Positions 47,141 through 56,656 of a stretch of 64,000 nucleotides of DNA are shown in pieces. The stretch is from Candidatus Altimarinota bacterium (lineage in GTDB: Bacteria > Patescibacteriota > Gracilibacteria > CAIRYL01). The stretch spans positions 1,088,001-1,152,000 of the forward strand of contig OZ252287.1 in assembly GCA_965250085.1 (NCBI GenBank), written 5' to 3'. A program made the position numbers and the translations under genes. The first letter of the stretch is position 1. Every line of letters starts with the position of its first letter. The notes beneath the pieces were generated by a model. The model searched no databases. It was given only the letters and a program-made list of their open reading frames with translations, and was not told the DNA's origin.

Positions 47141-47361
47141 AATATAAAAAGAGAAAGAGATATAAAAAAGTCCTACAAAACAGGACCATCTTGATGCGAT
47201 TTTGCATCAGCAGTACCTCTTGTCTCTTGAGAATCAAAAAGCGACACTCTTTTTGTCGTCCTTTAAGCAAGTGTCGCTAAAGCAAGAACAACAAAAAAAT
47301 GTAGCTTTTTCTCCTGAAAAAAGAGGAAAATTTATATAAATAATAAGGTATCAAAGAACAT

Positions 47362-47757
47362 TTATCCTCGAATACCGAGCTTTTTAACAAGCTCAGCATA
47401 TTTATCTTTTGATTTCTTTTTGAGATATCCGAGGAGCTTTCGCCTTTTTCCTACCATCATAAGGAGTCCACGCCGAGAGTGATTATCCTTGGCATGCGCT
47501 TTGAGATGCTCTGTAAGAGAGGCAATTCGTTCGGTCAAAATAGCAACTTGAACATGAATAGATCCCGTGTCTTTTTCATGAGACTGGTGATCAGAAATAA
47601 CAGATTTTTTTGATTTTCTTTTTGTGACCGCGCTTTTGGGAGAGTCTACAGCCTTCTTAGAAGCTGTTTTTTTCACTGTTTTCTTTTGAATATCTGTTTT
47701 TTTAGGAGCCGCTTTTTTAGGAGTCGCCTTCTTGGTATCTTCTTTTTTTGCTGGCAT
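47362..47757 (-). CDS. rpsO: 30S ribosomal protein S15 with Lys/Ala-rich N-terminal extension
   Basis: [32 protein letters not shown]; probable start MPAKKED. Confidence 0.95.
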   Translation of the reverse strand: MPAKKEDTKKATPKKAAPKKTDIQKKTVKKTASKKAVDSPKSAVTKRKSKKSVISDHQSHEKDTGSIHVQVAILTERIASLTEHLKAHAKDNHSRRGLLMMVGKRRKLLGYLKKKSKDKYAELVKKLGIRG

Positions 47758-47858
47758 AAGTAAAGGGGGAAAAATATCGAGTCTTCTCGGTCCGCATGGC
47801 AGATCCAGAAGAGCGAAAATGCGACAGGGAATATATCGAAACTCTCGAAAAAAAGCAA
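47758..47858 (-). promoter_or_regulatory. rpsO promoter and structured leader (candidate S15 autoregulatory RNA)
   Basis: TTGCTT (47858-53), 17 bp, TATATT (47835-30); hairpin UCUUCUGGAUCUGCCAUGCGGACCGAGAAGA (47812-47782). Confidence 0.5.
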
Positions 47859-47944
47859 CAGTATTTGCACGAAAGAAGGGGAATTTTTCTTTTATTTCCA
47901 TAATTTTCATGACCCTTTATACTCACAAGTGAATTTTGTAACGC

Positions 47945-49648
47945 ATGAATCAACTCGAAAAAAAACTCACTGAACTTTCTGAGGCGCTCACGACAACGCT
48001 CGTGAAGCTAAAATTTCCCGAAAAAGAGATACATTTTGAGTATCCGAAAGAAGAGTCACATGGAGACTATGCGACCAATATTGCTTTTCAACTGAGTAAA
48101 GAACTGGGTTCTTCTCCTCTCGAAATTGCAGAAAAAATTGTGAAGATCTTCCCAAAAATACCAGGGATTGAGTATATACAAGTTGCTGCTCCAGGCTTTA
48201 TTAATTTCTCCCTTTCCGAAGAATACATTACCGATGCACTCAAAAATTTTAATGCCCAAAAAAAGATCGATTCAGGGAAAGAGATTAAAATTTGTATTGA
48301 TTCTTCACATCCCAACATTGCAAAACCACTGCATTTTGGACACCTCAGAAGTACAATTCTCGGAGAGTCTCTCGCACGTATTTTTCGTTATACCGGAGGT
48401 GAAGTACTCCAAGACAACTTTTTGGGAGATTGGGGAACGCAGTTTGGAAAACTCGTGGTGGCGATACATAAATGGGGAGATAGAGAATCTATTGATAAAA
48501 ATCCAATCAAAGAACTTACTAAGCTGTATCAAAAATTTCATAAAGAGGTAGAAGATGATCCAGAATTGGAGAAACAAGGAGCAGAAGAATTTCGAAAGAT
48601 GGAAATTGACAGAGATGAAGAAAATCTTACACTTTGGAAATGGATCGTGGATGAATCTATGAAAGAAGTGCAGGTGTTTTATGATCTTATGGATGCGCAC
48701 TTTGACTGCATTCGTGGAGAGAGCTTCTGGGAACCAAGGCAGGCAGAAACCTTGAAATTGATGCAAGAGAAAAAGGTGTCCACAGAAGGAGAAGGTGGGG
48801 CACTCGTTGTGCATTTTCCAGAAAAGACAAAGCTCCCTACAATGATTTACAGAAGATCTGATGGAGCAACTCTCTACCAAACTCGAGACCTTACTCGTAT
48901 TCTTTATTATGATAAAGAGGGGTATACCGTACTATCTCACATTGTGGCGAATGATCAGTTTATGCATTTTAAGCGTGTTTTTGAAACGGCAAAAATGCTC
49001 GGAGTCACAGCGAAGTGCGAGCATATTGATTTTGGACTCGTGCGGCTTCCAGAAGGAAAACTGAGTACGAGAAAAGGAGTTACGATTAATCTCATGGAAA
49101 TATTTGATGAAGCCAAAAAAAGAGTTAGAACCTCTTTAGATGAACGCGGTACTGATTTTTCTGAAGAAGAAAAAAATGAACTCGTAAAGATGATTGCAAT
49201 AGGAGCGATTAAGTTTAATGATCTCTCTCAAAATCGGACAACTGATATTACCTTTGATTGGGAACGGATGCTTTCTTTTGAGGGATTCTCTGCACCGTTT
49301 TTGCAATATGCATATGCTCGTGCTCGCAGTATTTTGCGTAAAAAGGAAGCCCAAGAACAGTCTTCCCAAAATTTTAAGATCACTCATCCAGCAGAGAGAA
49401 GGCTCGCAAAAACAATTCTTGATTTTCACCAGAATGTTCTTCTCGCCGCCGAAAAAAGAATGCCACATTTTATTGCAGAATATGTATATGAGCTGGCGTC
49501 TACTTTTAATAATTTTTATGGAGAGTGCCCCATCCTTCAAGCTGGTGAAGATGAAAGAAATTCACGACTCTTTCTCACCACTCAAATGTGTGAAACCTTA
49601 CAACAAGGACTCTTCCTTTTGGGAATAGGGGTGCCAGAGAAGATGTAA
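47945..49648 (+). CDS. argS: Arginine--tRNA ligase
   Basis: HGDYATN, PNIAKPLHFGHLRS (HIGH), GDWGTQFG, KLSTRKG, LQYAYAR. Confidence 0.97.
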   Translation: MNQLEKKLTELSEALTTTLVKLKFPEKEIHFEYPKEESHGDYATNIAFQLSKELGSSPLEIAEKIVKIFPKIPGIEYIQVAAPGFINFSLSEEYITDALKNFNAQKKIDSGKEIKICIDSSHPNIAKPLHFGHLRSTILGESLARIFRYTGGEVLQDNFLGDWGTQFGKLVVAIHKWGDRESIDKNPIKELTKLYQKFHKEVEDDPELEKQGAEEFRKMEIDRDEENLTLWKWIVDESMKEVQVFYDLMDAHFDCIRGESFWEPRQAETLKLMQEKKVSTEGEGGALVVHFPEKTKLPTMIYRRSDGATLYQTRDLTRILYYDKEGYTVLSHIVANDQFMHFKRVFETAKMLGVTAKCEHIDFGLVRLPEGKLSTRKGVTINLMEIFDEAKKRVRTSLDERGTDFSEEEKNELVKMIAIGAIKFNDLSQNRTTDITFDWERMLSFEGFSAPFLQYAYARARSILRKKEAQEQSSQNFKITHPAERRLAKTILDFHQNVLLAAEKRMPHFIAEYVYELASTFNNFYGECPILQAGEDERNSRLFLTTQMCETLQQGLFLLGIGVPEKM

Positions 49649-49651
49649 TAT

Positions 49652-50797
49652 TTGATGTATATGGAACAAAGAATCAAAAATCTCAAAGTAGCAATTGTGG
49701 CTGATTGGCTGACAAATTTTGGAGGTGCAGAAAAAGTAGTTCAGAGTTTTTTGCATGTTTTTCCTAATGCTGATCTTTTTACTACTCTGGCGACAGAAGA
49801 TATACTCAAAAAATTGGAAAGAAAAAACGTACACACCAGCTTTTTGCAAAAACTTCCGAAGTGGATAAGAAAAAAGCATCAACTTTTCCTTACTCTCCTT
49901 CCAAAGGCAATAGAGTGTCTTGATCTCTCTGAATATGACTTGGTGTTCTCTTCTTCCTCATTTGTAGGAAAGGGATGTCTCACCAGTCCGGAGACGTTAC
50001 ATATCTGTTATTGCCATACCCCTACCAGATATCTATGGGATACCTGGCAGGAATATGTCGCAGAATTCCCTCTCCCAAGAGGATGCAATTGGATCAAAAT
50101 TTTTTTGCCGCGCATTCTTTCACGCCTCAGAATATGGGATACCTTTGCCTCAAAACGTCCTGACCATTATATTTCTAACTCTGATTTTATTGCGCGACGT
50201 ATTAGCAAATACTACGGCAGAGGCTCAGAAGTTATTGAACCACCGGTGAACTTTACCTTTTTTAAAAAAGGCATCAAAACTTCTCAAAAAGATCACTACA
50301 TTGCCATGGGAAGACTTACTCCCTACAAACGATTTGATCTTCTCATCAACACCTTTGCCTCACTTCCAGAAAAAAGACTCAAGATTTTAGGAAGTGGACC
50401 GGATGAGAGACGACTCAAAGATTTGGCAAAAAAAGCTCCCAACATCGAATTCCTTGGGTTTGTTCCATATACTGATCTTCCGAGACTCTTAGGAGAAGCA
50501 AAAGGATTCCTTTTTCCACAAATAGAAGATGCTGGCATTTCTCTTATGGAAGCACTGGCAACAGGCACTCCGGCCATTGCCTTTCAAAAAGGCGGATCGC
50601 TCAATGTCATTAAAGACGGAATAAATGGTATTTTCTTTGCAGAACAGAACGCATCATCACTCCAAGATGCGCTCAATCGATTTGAAAATATGAAATTTGA
50701 TACACAAAAAGTTCAAAATTCAGTGAGTAGTTTTGCTCGTGATACGTTTGAAAGGCGAATCAAGGAATTTTGTGAAGAGAAGTGGAAGGAGTTTTAG
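49652..50797 (+). CDS. Glycosyltransferase family 4
   Basis: DWLTNFGGAEKV, CYCHTPTRYLW, GRLTPYKR, EDAGISLMEALATG. Confidence 0.92.
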   Translation: MMYMEQRIKNLKVAIVADWLTNFGGAEKVVQSFLHVFPNADLFTTLATEDILKKLERKNVHTSFLQKLPKWIRKKHQLFLTLLPKAIECLDLSEYDLVFSSSSFVGKGCLTSPETLHICYCHTPTRYLWDTWQEYVAEFPLPRGCNWIKIFLPRILSRLRIWDTFASKRPDHYISNSDFIARRISKYYGRGSEVIEPPVNFTFFKKGIKTSQKDHYIAMGRLTPYKRFDLLINTFASLPEKRLKILGSGPDERRLKDLAKKAPNIEFLGFVPYTDLPRLLGEAKGFLFPQIEDAGISLMEALATGTPAIAFQKGGSLNVIKDGINGIFFAEQNASSLQDALNRFENMKFDTQKVQNSVSSFARDTFERRIKEFCEEKWKEF

Positions 50798-50820
50798 AAA
50801 CTATTCCTGTTCCATTCACC

Positions 50821-50850
50821 AAAACCCCCTCTACCCCTTTGCAAGGGGGA
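50821..50850. repeat. REP-like family A (degenerate single hairpin)
   Basis: AAAACCCCCTCTACCCCTTTGCAAGGGGGA between convergent genes. Confidence 0.55.
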
Positions 50851-50856
50851 GCAAAT

Positions 50857-51708
50857 TTATTTCTTCACGAATGATTTTTGACCTCCTATGTTTTTCCATG
50901 TCCAGAAAAAGATGGTAGCCGAAAGCGCTAACAGAATTAAAAAGATACGTAGTCCACCAATACTTATCTCACTTCCAAAAGCAAGGAGTGACATCAGGCA
51001 TTCACGAAGTGTAATCGCCAAGGTAAAGAGCATGACAAAACCTGAGACAAAGAGAAGAACAAAATGAAAAATAGCACACGCTTCAGATTGTATCTTCGGC
51101 ATAATTCTTTTTTGTCCATAATATGATGGCAACAAAAAGACTCCCAAAAGTGCTGTGGGGACTACGATACTGATAAAGTTCATCAAAAACTTGAGTCCTG
51201 ATTCATGAGTTTCAAACTGATCTGCAAATCCAAATTTCAGAAGCCAATTGGTCAGATACACCAGAAGAAAAACATCAAGGAGAATCAAAATGCCAGTAGA
51301 GAGAAGATGAAATACATGAGATGTATACAATACGGGACTTTTCACTTCATTCTTCTCGGTATCAAAGAGACTTCTTGGGAGAAATTTTTTCCCAATAACG
51401 AGAAGATATCCCCCTACGAGAAGAAGTATGATTTCTAGTCGCAAATTACTCATGGTCCAAAGCCCTCCTGCATCACCCCCAAATCCGATTTGCTCCAATA
51501 GATCATTTGCAAACAATCCGACTGCCAAAAGTATGGCGAGTATTCCACCCCCCCAAACCTTAAATGAAAACAGAGAGGAAAGAATGCGATTGGGTGATTT
51601 GGCAAGGAGGTATATAGCTGGGAAGAAAACGCCCACGGAACTAATAAAAGCGACCCAAAACAGGAGGGCAAGTATTCCAAAAACGGCTGGGAAGAATGCG
51701 GAGATCAT
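50857..51708 (-). CDS. Hypothetical multi-pass membrane protein
   Basis: About seven TM segments; start uncertain (51780 or 51708). Confidence 0.7.
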   Translation of the reverse strand: MISAFFPAVFGILALLFWVAFISSVGVFFPAIYLLAKSPNRILSSLFSFKVWGGGILAILLAVGLFANDLLEQIGFGGDAGGLWTMSNLRLEIILLLVGGYLLVIGKKFLPRSLFDTEKNEVKSPVLYTSHVFHLLSTGILILLDVFLLVYLTNWLLKFGFADQFETHESGLKFLMNFISIVVPTALLGVFLLPSYYGQKRIMPKIQSEACAIFHFVLLFVSGFVMLFTLAITLRECLMSLLAFGSEISIGGLRIFLILLALSATIFFWTWKNIGGQKSFVKK

Positions 51709-51826
51709 AGAGAAAAGAAAAAATTTATGAGTAAATTCTTTCGGGAGAGTAGCAGAAATGCTTCTTTGAGAGCAATACATGATTTCAGCATCCTCAATGT
51801 CTGAATTTTAGAACTGTAAAAAACTC

Positions 51827-51880
51827 TTGACTTTATATTCTTTCATATCTATATTTACTAGTGTTCTAGTAAGATAGTAT
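51827..51880 (+). promoter_or_regulatory. trp promoter and tandem TrpR operator
   Basis: TTGACT (51827-32), 17 bp, TATATT (51850-55); TTACTAGTGTTCTAGTAA (51855-72) plus a third 8-bp-phased half-site; compare E. coli GAACTAGTTAACTAGTAC. Confidence 0.82.
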
Positions 51881-52147
51881 ATGAAGAGCTCTCCAGACTT
51901 TATAAATGAATTGGCAAAAGTCATTGCGCATATTCACAATACAAAACGGGCAGAAGAGTTTCTTCTGGGCATATTAACTCCATCAGAGCGGGAAGAAGTG
52001 GCTCGCAGATTGCAAATATTGAAACTGTTAAAGCAAGGACATTCCCAATGGGAAGTAGCAAAAAAATTGGGTGTAGGAATTGCCACAGTGAGCAGAGGAG
52101 CAAAGGAATTGAAATATGGGAATTCAAAATTTCTTAATACTCTTTAA
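51881..52147 (+). CDS. trpR: Trp repressor family protein
   Basis: LTPSEREEVARRLQI..LL, SQ.E...LGVGIATVSRG; first gene of the trp operon. Confidence 0.88.
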   Translation: MKSSPDFINELAKVIAHIHNTKRAEEFLLGILTPSEREEVARRLQILKLLKQGHSQWEVAKKLGVGIATVSRGAKELKYGNSKFLNTL

Positions 52148-52148
52148 A

Positions 52149-52208
52149 ATGAAATCTTCAAACACAAAATTGCAGGCTTGGTGGATAACTTTTTTCGTAC
52201 GGCATTGA
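52149..52208 (+). CDS. trpL: trp leader peptide MKSSNTKLQAWWITFFVRH
   Basis: Tandem TGG TGG at 52179-84; ATG 1 nt after the trpR stop; followed by the attenuator. Confidence 0.82.
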   Translation: MKSSNTKLQAWWITFFVRH

Positions 52209-52270
52209 GGTGCCCATTTTTCTGAAACTGTAAAAGTTTGTAAACACCTCATCGCCGAGGTGTTTTTTTA
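52206..52270 (+). terminator. trp attenuator (antiterminator/terminator pair)
   Basis: Terminator AAACACCTC-ATCGCC-GAGGTGTTT plus T-run; alternative pairing TGAGGTG (52206-12) / CACCTCA (52245-51). Confidence 0.82.
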
Positions 52271-52283
52271 TTTTTAAAATATA

Positions 52284-53783
52284 ATGATTCAATATAGCAA
52301 AATACACACTGGCATATACGAAGGGTCTGAAGAGATTCCGTATGAGACCGCGCATGAAATATTTTCTCGGTTGTACAGAAATTATGAATTCAAGTTTTTA
52401 CTAGAATCCAAGGACATTTCTCATATCTATGGAAGGCTCAGTCTCATCGGCGTTGATCCCATCTTGAAAATATCTGGAAAAGATGAAAATTTTGAGATTT
52501 CTGTATTACAGGAAAGAGGGAAATCGTATTTGGAACGCATATCGAAAGACGACTTGGCACTTTGTGATCATTGCGAGAGAGGGGAAAATGGTATTACAGG
52601 AAGAATTTCTAAAAAAACTCACGAATTTGACGAAGCAAAACGATCTCAACAAAAAAATATTGCCCAGGTCATCAGAATGGCTTTACAAGGATTAAAACTT
52701 AAAAGGAAGAGCTTTCTTGGCCTCTACGGAGCTCTGAGCTATGACTTTATTCGTCTTTTTGAAGAAATTCCTAATATTTTACCGGAGAACGATGTAAATG
52801 ATTTTACTTTTTTTCTCTATGACACATTTGTCTTCTTTGATCATCTGAAGGAGAAAACAGAAATTATTGCCTTTCGAGGTGATATACAGAGTGCTCAGAA
52901 GGCTATCTCCAAGATCTGTAAACAAGTAAAAGTAAAAAAGAAGCCTTCTTCTTATGAAATCTCAAGAGTGAAATTTTCCCTGAAACAGGATGAATATGAA
53001 AAAATGGTTGAAATCGCAAAGGAGTACACCAAAAAAGGAGAATTGTTTGAAGTCGTCTTTTCAAATATTCTAAACGCTCATTTTAAAGGAGACCCATTTG
53101 CACTGTATCTTGCCTATCGTGAAACAAATCCGTCTCCGTATCTTTTTTATTTTGACTTTGGAAACGAACAACTTGTAGGAGCATCCCCAGAAATGATGGT
53201 GCGTGTGGAAAACAATATCGCCCATCTTCGTCCTATTTCAGGGACAGCTAGAAGGGGTGAAGACGCCATTGAGGATCATGAGAATATGCTTTCTCTTCTC
53301 AGCGATCCCAAAGAGAAGGCCGAACTCGATATGCTTATTGATTTGGGGCGAAACGATCTGAGCAGGATTTGTAAGCCAAATTTAAAAATTAGTGATTATC
53401 GATTTGTTGAAAAATATTCAAAAGTAATGCACACGGTGGCTCATTTGCAGGGTGAATTGAGATCTGGATATATCGCCCTTGACGCTCTCATTGCCTGTCT
53501 TAATGCTGGCACACTTACGGGGGCACCAAAAGTTGCTGCAATGAAGGTAATTGAAAAGCATGAGAAAGAGAGAAGAGGATATTATGGTGGTGCTCTTGGC
53601 TACTTTACCTTCTCAGGCGAAATGGACACTGGGATTATTATTCGTACGGCACACATTCGAAAAAATGCACTGAGATTTCAGGTAGGAGCGACTTTACTCC
53701 ATGATTCTCAGCCAAAGAAAGAATATGAAGAGACGCTGCAGAAGGCACAGGCTTTTTTAAACACATTCGTTCATCAATCTTAA
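52284..53783 (+). CDS. trpE: Anthranilate synthase component I
   Basis: LLES, NPSPY, GASPE, RPISGT, DLGRND, AGTLTGAPK, YGGALG. Confidence 0.95.
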   Translation: MIQYSKIHTGIYEGSEEIPYETAHEIFSRLYRNYEFKFLLESKDISHIYGRLSLIGVDPILKISGKDENFEISVLQERGKSYLERISKDDLALCDHCERGENGITGRISKKTHEFDEAKRSQQKNIAQVIRMALQGLKLKRKSFLGLYGALSYDFIRLFEEIPNILPENDVNDFTFFLYDTFVFFDHLKEKTEIIAFRGDIQSAQKAISKICKQVKVKKKPSSYEISRVKFSLKQDEYEKMVEIAKEYTKKGELFEVVFSNILNAHFKGDPFALYLAYRETNPSPYLFYFDFGNEQLVGASPEMMVRVENNIAHLRPISGTARRGEDAIEDHENMLSLLSDPKEKAELDMLIDLGRNDLSRICKPNLKISDYRFVEKYSKVMHTVAHLQGELRSGYIALDALIACLNAGTLTGAPKVAAMKVIEKHEKERRGYYGGALGYFTFSGEMDTGIIIRTAHIRKNALRFQVGATLLHDSQPKKEYEETLQKAQAFLNTFVHQS

Positions 53784-53784
53784 T

Positions 53785-54372
53785 ATGTCTCATTATAAAA
53801 ACATTCTCGTTATTGATAACTTTGATTCATTTACCTTTAATTTGGTTGATTATCTTACGCAGCTAAATTGTAAGGTCACAACGCTTCGCAACACTATCAG
53901 TATATCCTCTGTAGCGAAAATTGACCCAGATTTAATTGTTCTTTCTCCTGGTCCATCGGTTCCAAAAAACGCAGGGAATCTTATGGGTATTATTGATAGA
54001 TATCATGATATATATCCAATATTCGGAGTCTGCTTGGGACACGAAGCGCTCATTGAATATTTTGGTGGCACGCTTACATTTACTGAACCAGTTCATGGAA
54101 AAGCTTCTCCCATTCGTCATGATGGAAAGACTATTTTTACCGGACTTGAGCAGAATTTTATGGCAGGTCGATACCATTCTCTCATAGCCGACAAAGTGCC
54201 ATCATGCTTCTGCACTTCAGCAAAATACAAAAATATTGTTATGGGAGTGCGTCATAGAAGCCTGCCAATAGAAGGCGTGCAGTTTCATCCAGAGTCAGTT
54301 CTGACCATGAAAGGTCAAAATGGATTTCATATTATTAAAAATCTTGTTTATGGATACGATAGAATTTCTTAA
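53785..54372 (+). CDS. trpG: Anthranilate synthase component II (glutamine amidotransferase)
   Basis: IDNFDSFTFNL, LSPGP, GVCLGH, RYHSL, QFHPES. Confidence 0.95.
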   Translation: MSHYKNILVIDNFDSFTFNLVDYLTQLNCKVTTLRNTISISSVAKIDPDLIVLSPGPSVPKNAGNLMGIIDRYHDIYPIFGVCLGHEALIEYFGGTLTFTEPVHGKASPIRHDGKTIFTGLEQNFMAGRYHSLIADKVPSCFCTSAKYKNIVMGVRHRSLPIEGVQFHPESVLTMKGQNGFHIIKNLVYGYDRIS

Positions 54373-56656
54373 ACGGAGTATCTCCGGTCGGCTTTCCTTG
54401 CATCAGCAAAAGGAATTTTTAGAATCAAAAAAATCACTTACTGCTGAGGAGTTCAGGGATATCGTTGTTTTTTTGCAAAAGGACCTTCCAGAGAAGCGGA
54501 GGTTTTCTGAAGCAATTGATGTTTGTGGCACCGGTGGGTCGGGTCTCCAGAGGATCAACACCTCTACCATTGCTGCTTTTATTTTGGCGTCACTAGGAGT
54601 CAAAGTGGCGAAACATGGGAATAAAGCTGCAAGTGGCCGTTTTGGCAGTTTTGATCTTGTGGAAACACTTGGTATTAATTCTCATAGTTCTGAAACGCTC
54701 TATCATAATCATCATCTTGCGCTTCTTTTTGCTTCGGAGTTTTACCCGGCCATGAAGCATTTCGCGCCAGTCAGGAAAAGTATCGGGAAGCCAACCTTCT
54801 TTAATCTCTTAGGACCACTCTTGAGTCCTGTGCGTGCACAGAAACAAATTATCGGTACTGCGTTTCGAGATAAAATGGAAATCATTGCTCAAACATGCAA
54901 ACTTCTTGGAAAAAAGCATGTTTTTGTGGTTTGTGGGGAAGATGGACTGGATGAAGTGACTCTGACCGGAAAAACATATGTAGTGGAACTCCATAAGAAC
55001 AAAATACAAAAATATATAATTTCTCCAAAAGATTTTGGACTCTCCTCATGTTCTTTCTCTGAAATCAAAGGAGGAACCCCAAAATATAATGTAAAAATGA
55101 CTCAATCTATACTCCAGGGAAAATGTAAAACTAAACATTTGGATCTTGTGCTCATCAATGTTGCTCTTGCGCTTCAGCTCACTGGGAAAGCAGTAAATCT
55201 TAAAGATGGATATCGTTTGGCGAAACAGGCTGCTCAGGAAGGAAAAGCATTCGAGACGCTTCATATCTATCAAGAATATTCTAAAACTCCTCATATTCTT
55301 CAAAAAATCGTTCAACATAAATGTGAGGAATTGGAAAAAAGGAAACTGAAATACTCCTTAGAAAAACTAAAAAAAGAAGCTCCAATCTGCGATAGAAATT
55401 TTATAGCGCGTCTGCAAAGACCAAGATTATCTCTTATTGCCGAAATAAAAAAATATTCTCCCAGCTCGCCAAAAATAGCTTCTGGAAGCTTTTCACCAAC
55501 AAGGATTGCACGACTCTATGAAAAAAATGGTGTTGATGCAATCTCTGTGCTTTGTGATCAAAAATATTTTGGTGGTAGCTTACAGCATCTTCAAAAAGCG
55601 TATGAACATACAAAACATACTCCGATTCTTTGCAAAGATTTTATTATTGATGAATATCAAATCTACGAAGCGAGAAAATATGGTGCTTCCGCAGTGCTTT
55701 TGATTGCAGCAATTTTAAATGAAGATCAGATAAAGAAGTTTCTGAAGGTAGTGGAAAGTCTGAAAATGACGGCTATATGTGAAGTGCATAATCGCGAAGA
55801 ACTTGAAAAAGTACTCAAAACTTCAGCGAAAGCAATTGGCATCAACAATAGAGATTTAAATACTTTTACGACAAGCATGCGGGTAACGAAAAAACTTGCT
55901 CCGCATATACCTGCTGACAAAATTCTCATCTCTGAGAGTGGCATTACTTCAAAAAGTAATATCGATTTACTCCCAGAAAATATTGATGCAGTACTCATAG
56001 GAACATCTTTCATGTCCAGCGAGAATATTTCAGAAAAAATACACAGTCTTTTTCGTTCACAAAAACCACTTTTGAAGATATGTGGTATTCGCACAGAAGA
56101 GGAAGCATATTTTTGTGACGCACTCGGCATAGACCTTATTGGTCTTAATTTTGTCGAAAAAAGCCACAGATCTGTCTCTGTCAAAAAAGCAAATATAATT
56201 TGCGAAAATATTACTCATGCAAAAACAGTTGGAGTTTTTCAAAATCATAAACTGGAAGAAGTAAATAAAATAGCGACTGCGCTTAATCTCGACTACATAC
56301 AGCTTTCCGGCAAAGAGACGCTGTCTTATGTTCAAAAGTGTTGTAAGCCGGTTCTCAAAACTATTCCTCTCAAAACATCAGCAGATATAAAAATAGCTGA
56401 AAAATATTTGCCACATGTGTCTTATGTCATTTTTGATGGCCCCGATCCTGGGAGTGGAAAAATGATGAATACTGATCTTTTGAGAGGTATTTCAGGAAAA
56501 TTCTTTCTGTCGGGAGGAATAAATGCAAACAATATTGGAACAATGATACAAAAATTGCATCCATTGGGAGTTGATATTGCCAGCGGCGCAGAAACAGATT
56601 TAAAAATCGATTTACAAAAAATTTCTTTTCTCTTTCATCACCTTTCACCATGTTAA
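54350..56656 (+). CDS. trpDCF: Trifunctional fusion: anthranilate phosphoribosyltransferase (TrpD) + indole-3-glycerol-phosphate synthase (TrpC) + phosphoribosylanthranilate isomerase (TrpF)
   Basis: TrpD: DVCGTGG, KHGN, FNLLGPL, DGLDE. TrpC: IAEIKKYSPS, LCKDFII, GINNRDL, SESGI. TrpF: KICGI, GLNF, QLSG.E, LSGGI, GVDIASG. Confidence 0.92.
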   Translation: MDTIEFLKRSISGRLSLHQQKEFLESKKSLTAEEFRDIVVFLQKDLPEKRRFSEAIDVCGTGGSGLQRINTSTIAAFILASLGVKVAKHGNKAASGRFGSFDLVETLGINSHSSETLYHNHHLALLFASEFYPAMKHFAPVRKSIGKPTFFNLLGPLLSPVRAQKQIIGTAFRDKMEIIAQTCKLLGKKHVFVVCGEDGLDEVTLTGKTYVVELHKNKIQKYIISPKDFGLSSCSFSEIKGGTPKYNVKMTQSILQGKCKTKHLDLVLINVALALQLTGKAVNLKDGYRLAKQAAQEGKAFETLHIYQEYSKTPHILQKIVQHKCEELEKRKLKYSLEKLKKEAPICDRNFIARLQRPRLSLIAEIKKYSPSSPKIASGSFSPTRIARLYEKNGVDAISVLCDQKYFGGSLQHLQKAYEHTKHTPILCKDFIIDEYQIYEARKYGASAVLLIAAILNEDQIKKFLKVVESLKMTAICEVHNREELEKVLKTSAKAIGINNRDLNTFTTSMRVTKKLAPHIPADKILISESGITSKSNIDLLPENIDAVLIGTSFMSSENISEKIHSLFRSQKPLLKICGIRTEEEAYFCDALGIDLIGLNFVEKSHRSVSVKKANIICENITHAKTVGVFQNHKLEEVNKIATALNLDYIQLSGKETLSYVQKCCKPVLKTIPLKTSADIKIAEKYLPHVSYVIFDGPDPGSGKMMNTDLLRGISGKFFLSGGINANNIGTMIQKLHPLGVDIASGAETDLKIDLQKISFLFHHLSPC

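Noticed and set aside
47758-47910. Long N-terminal extension of rpsO in the ORF track (likewise tsaE 22729 and rplB 61391)
   Set aside because: These upstream starts run through promoter regions or neighbouring genes; downstream ATGs fit better
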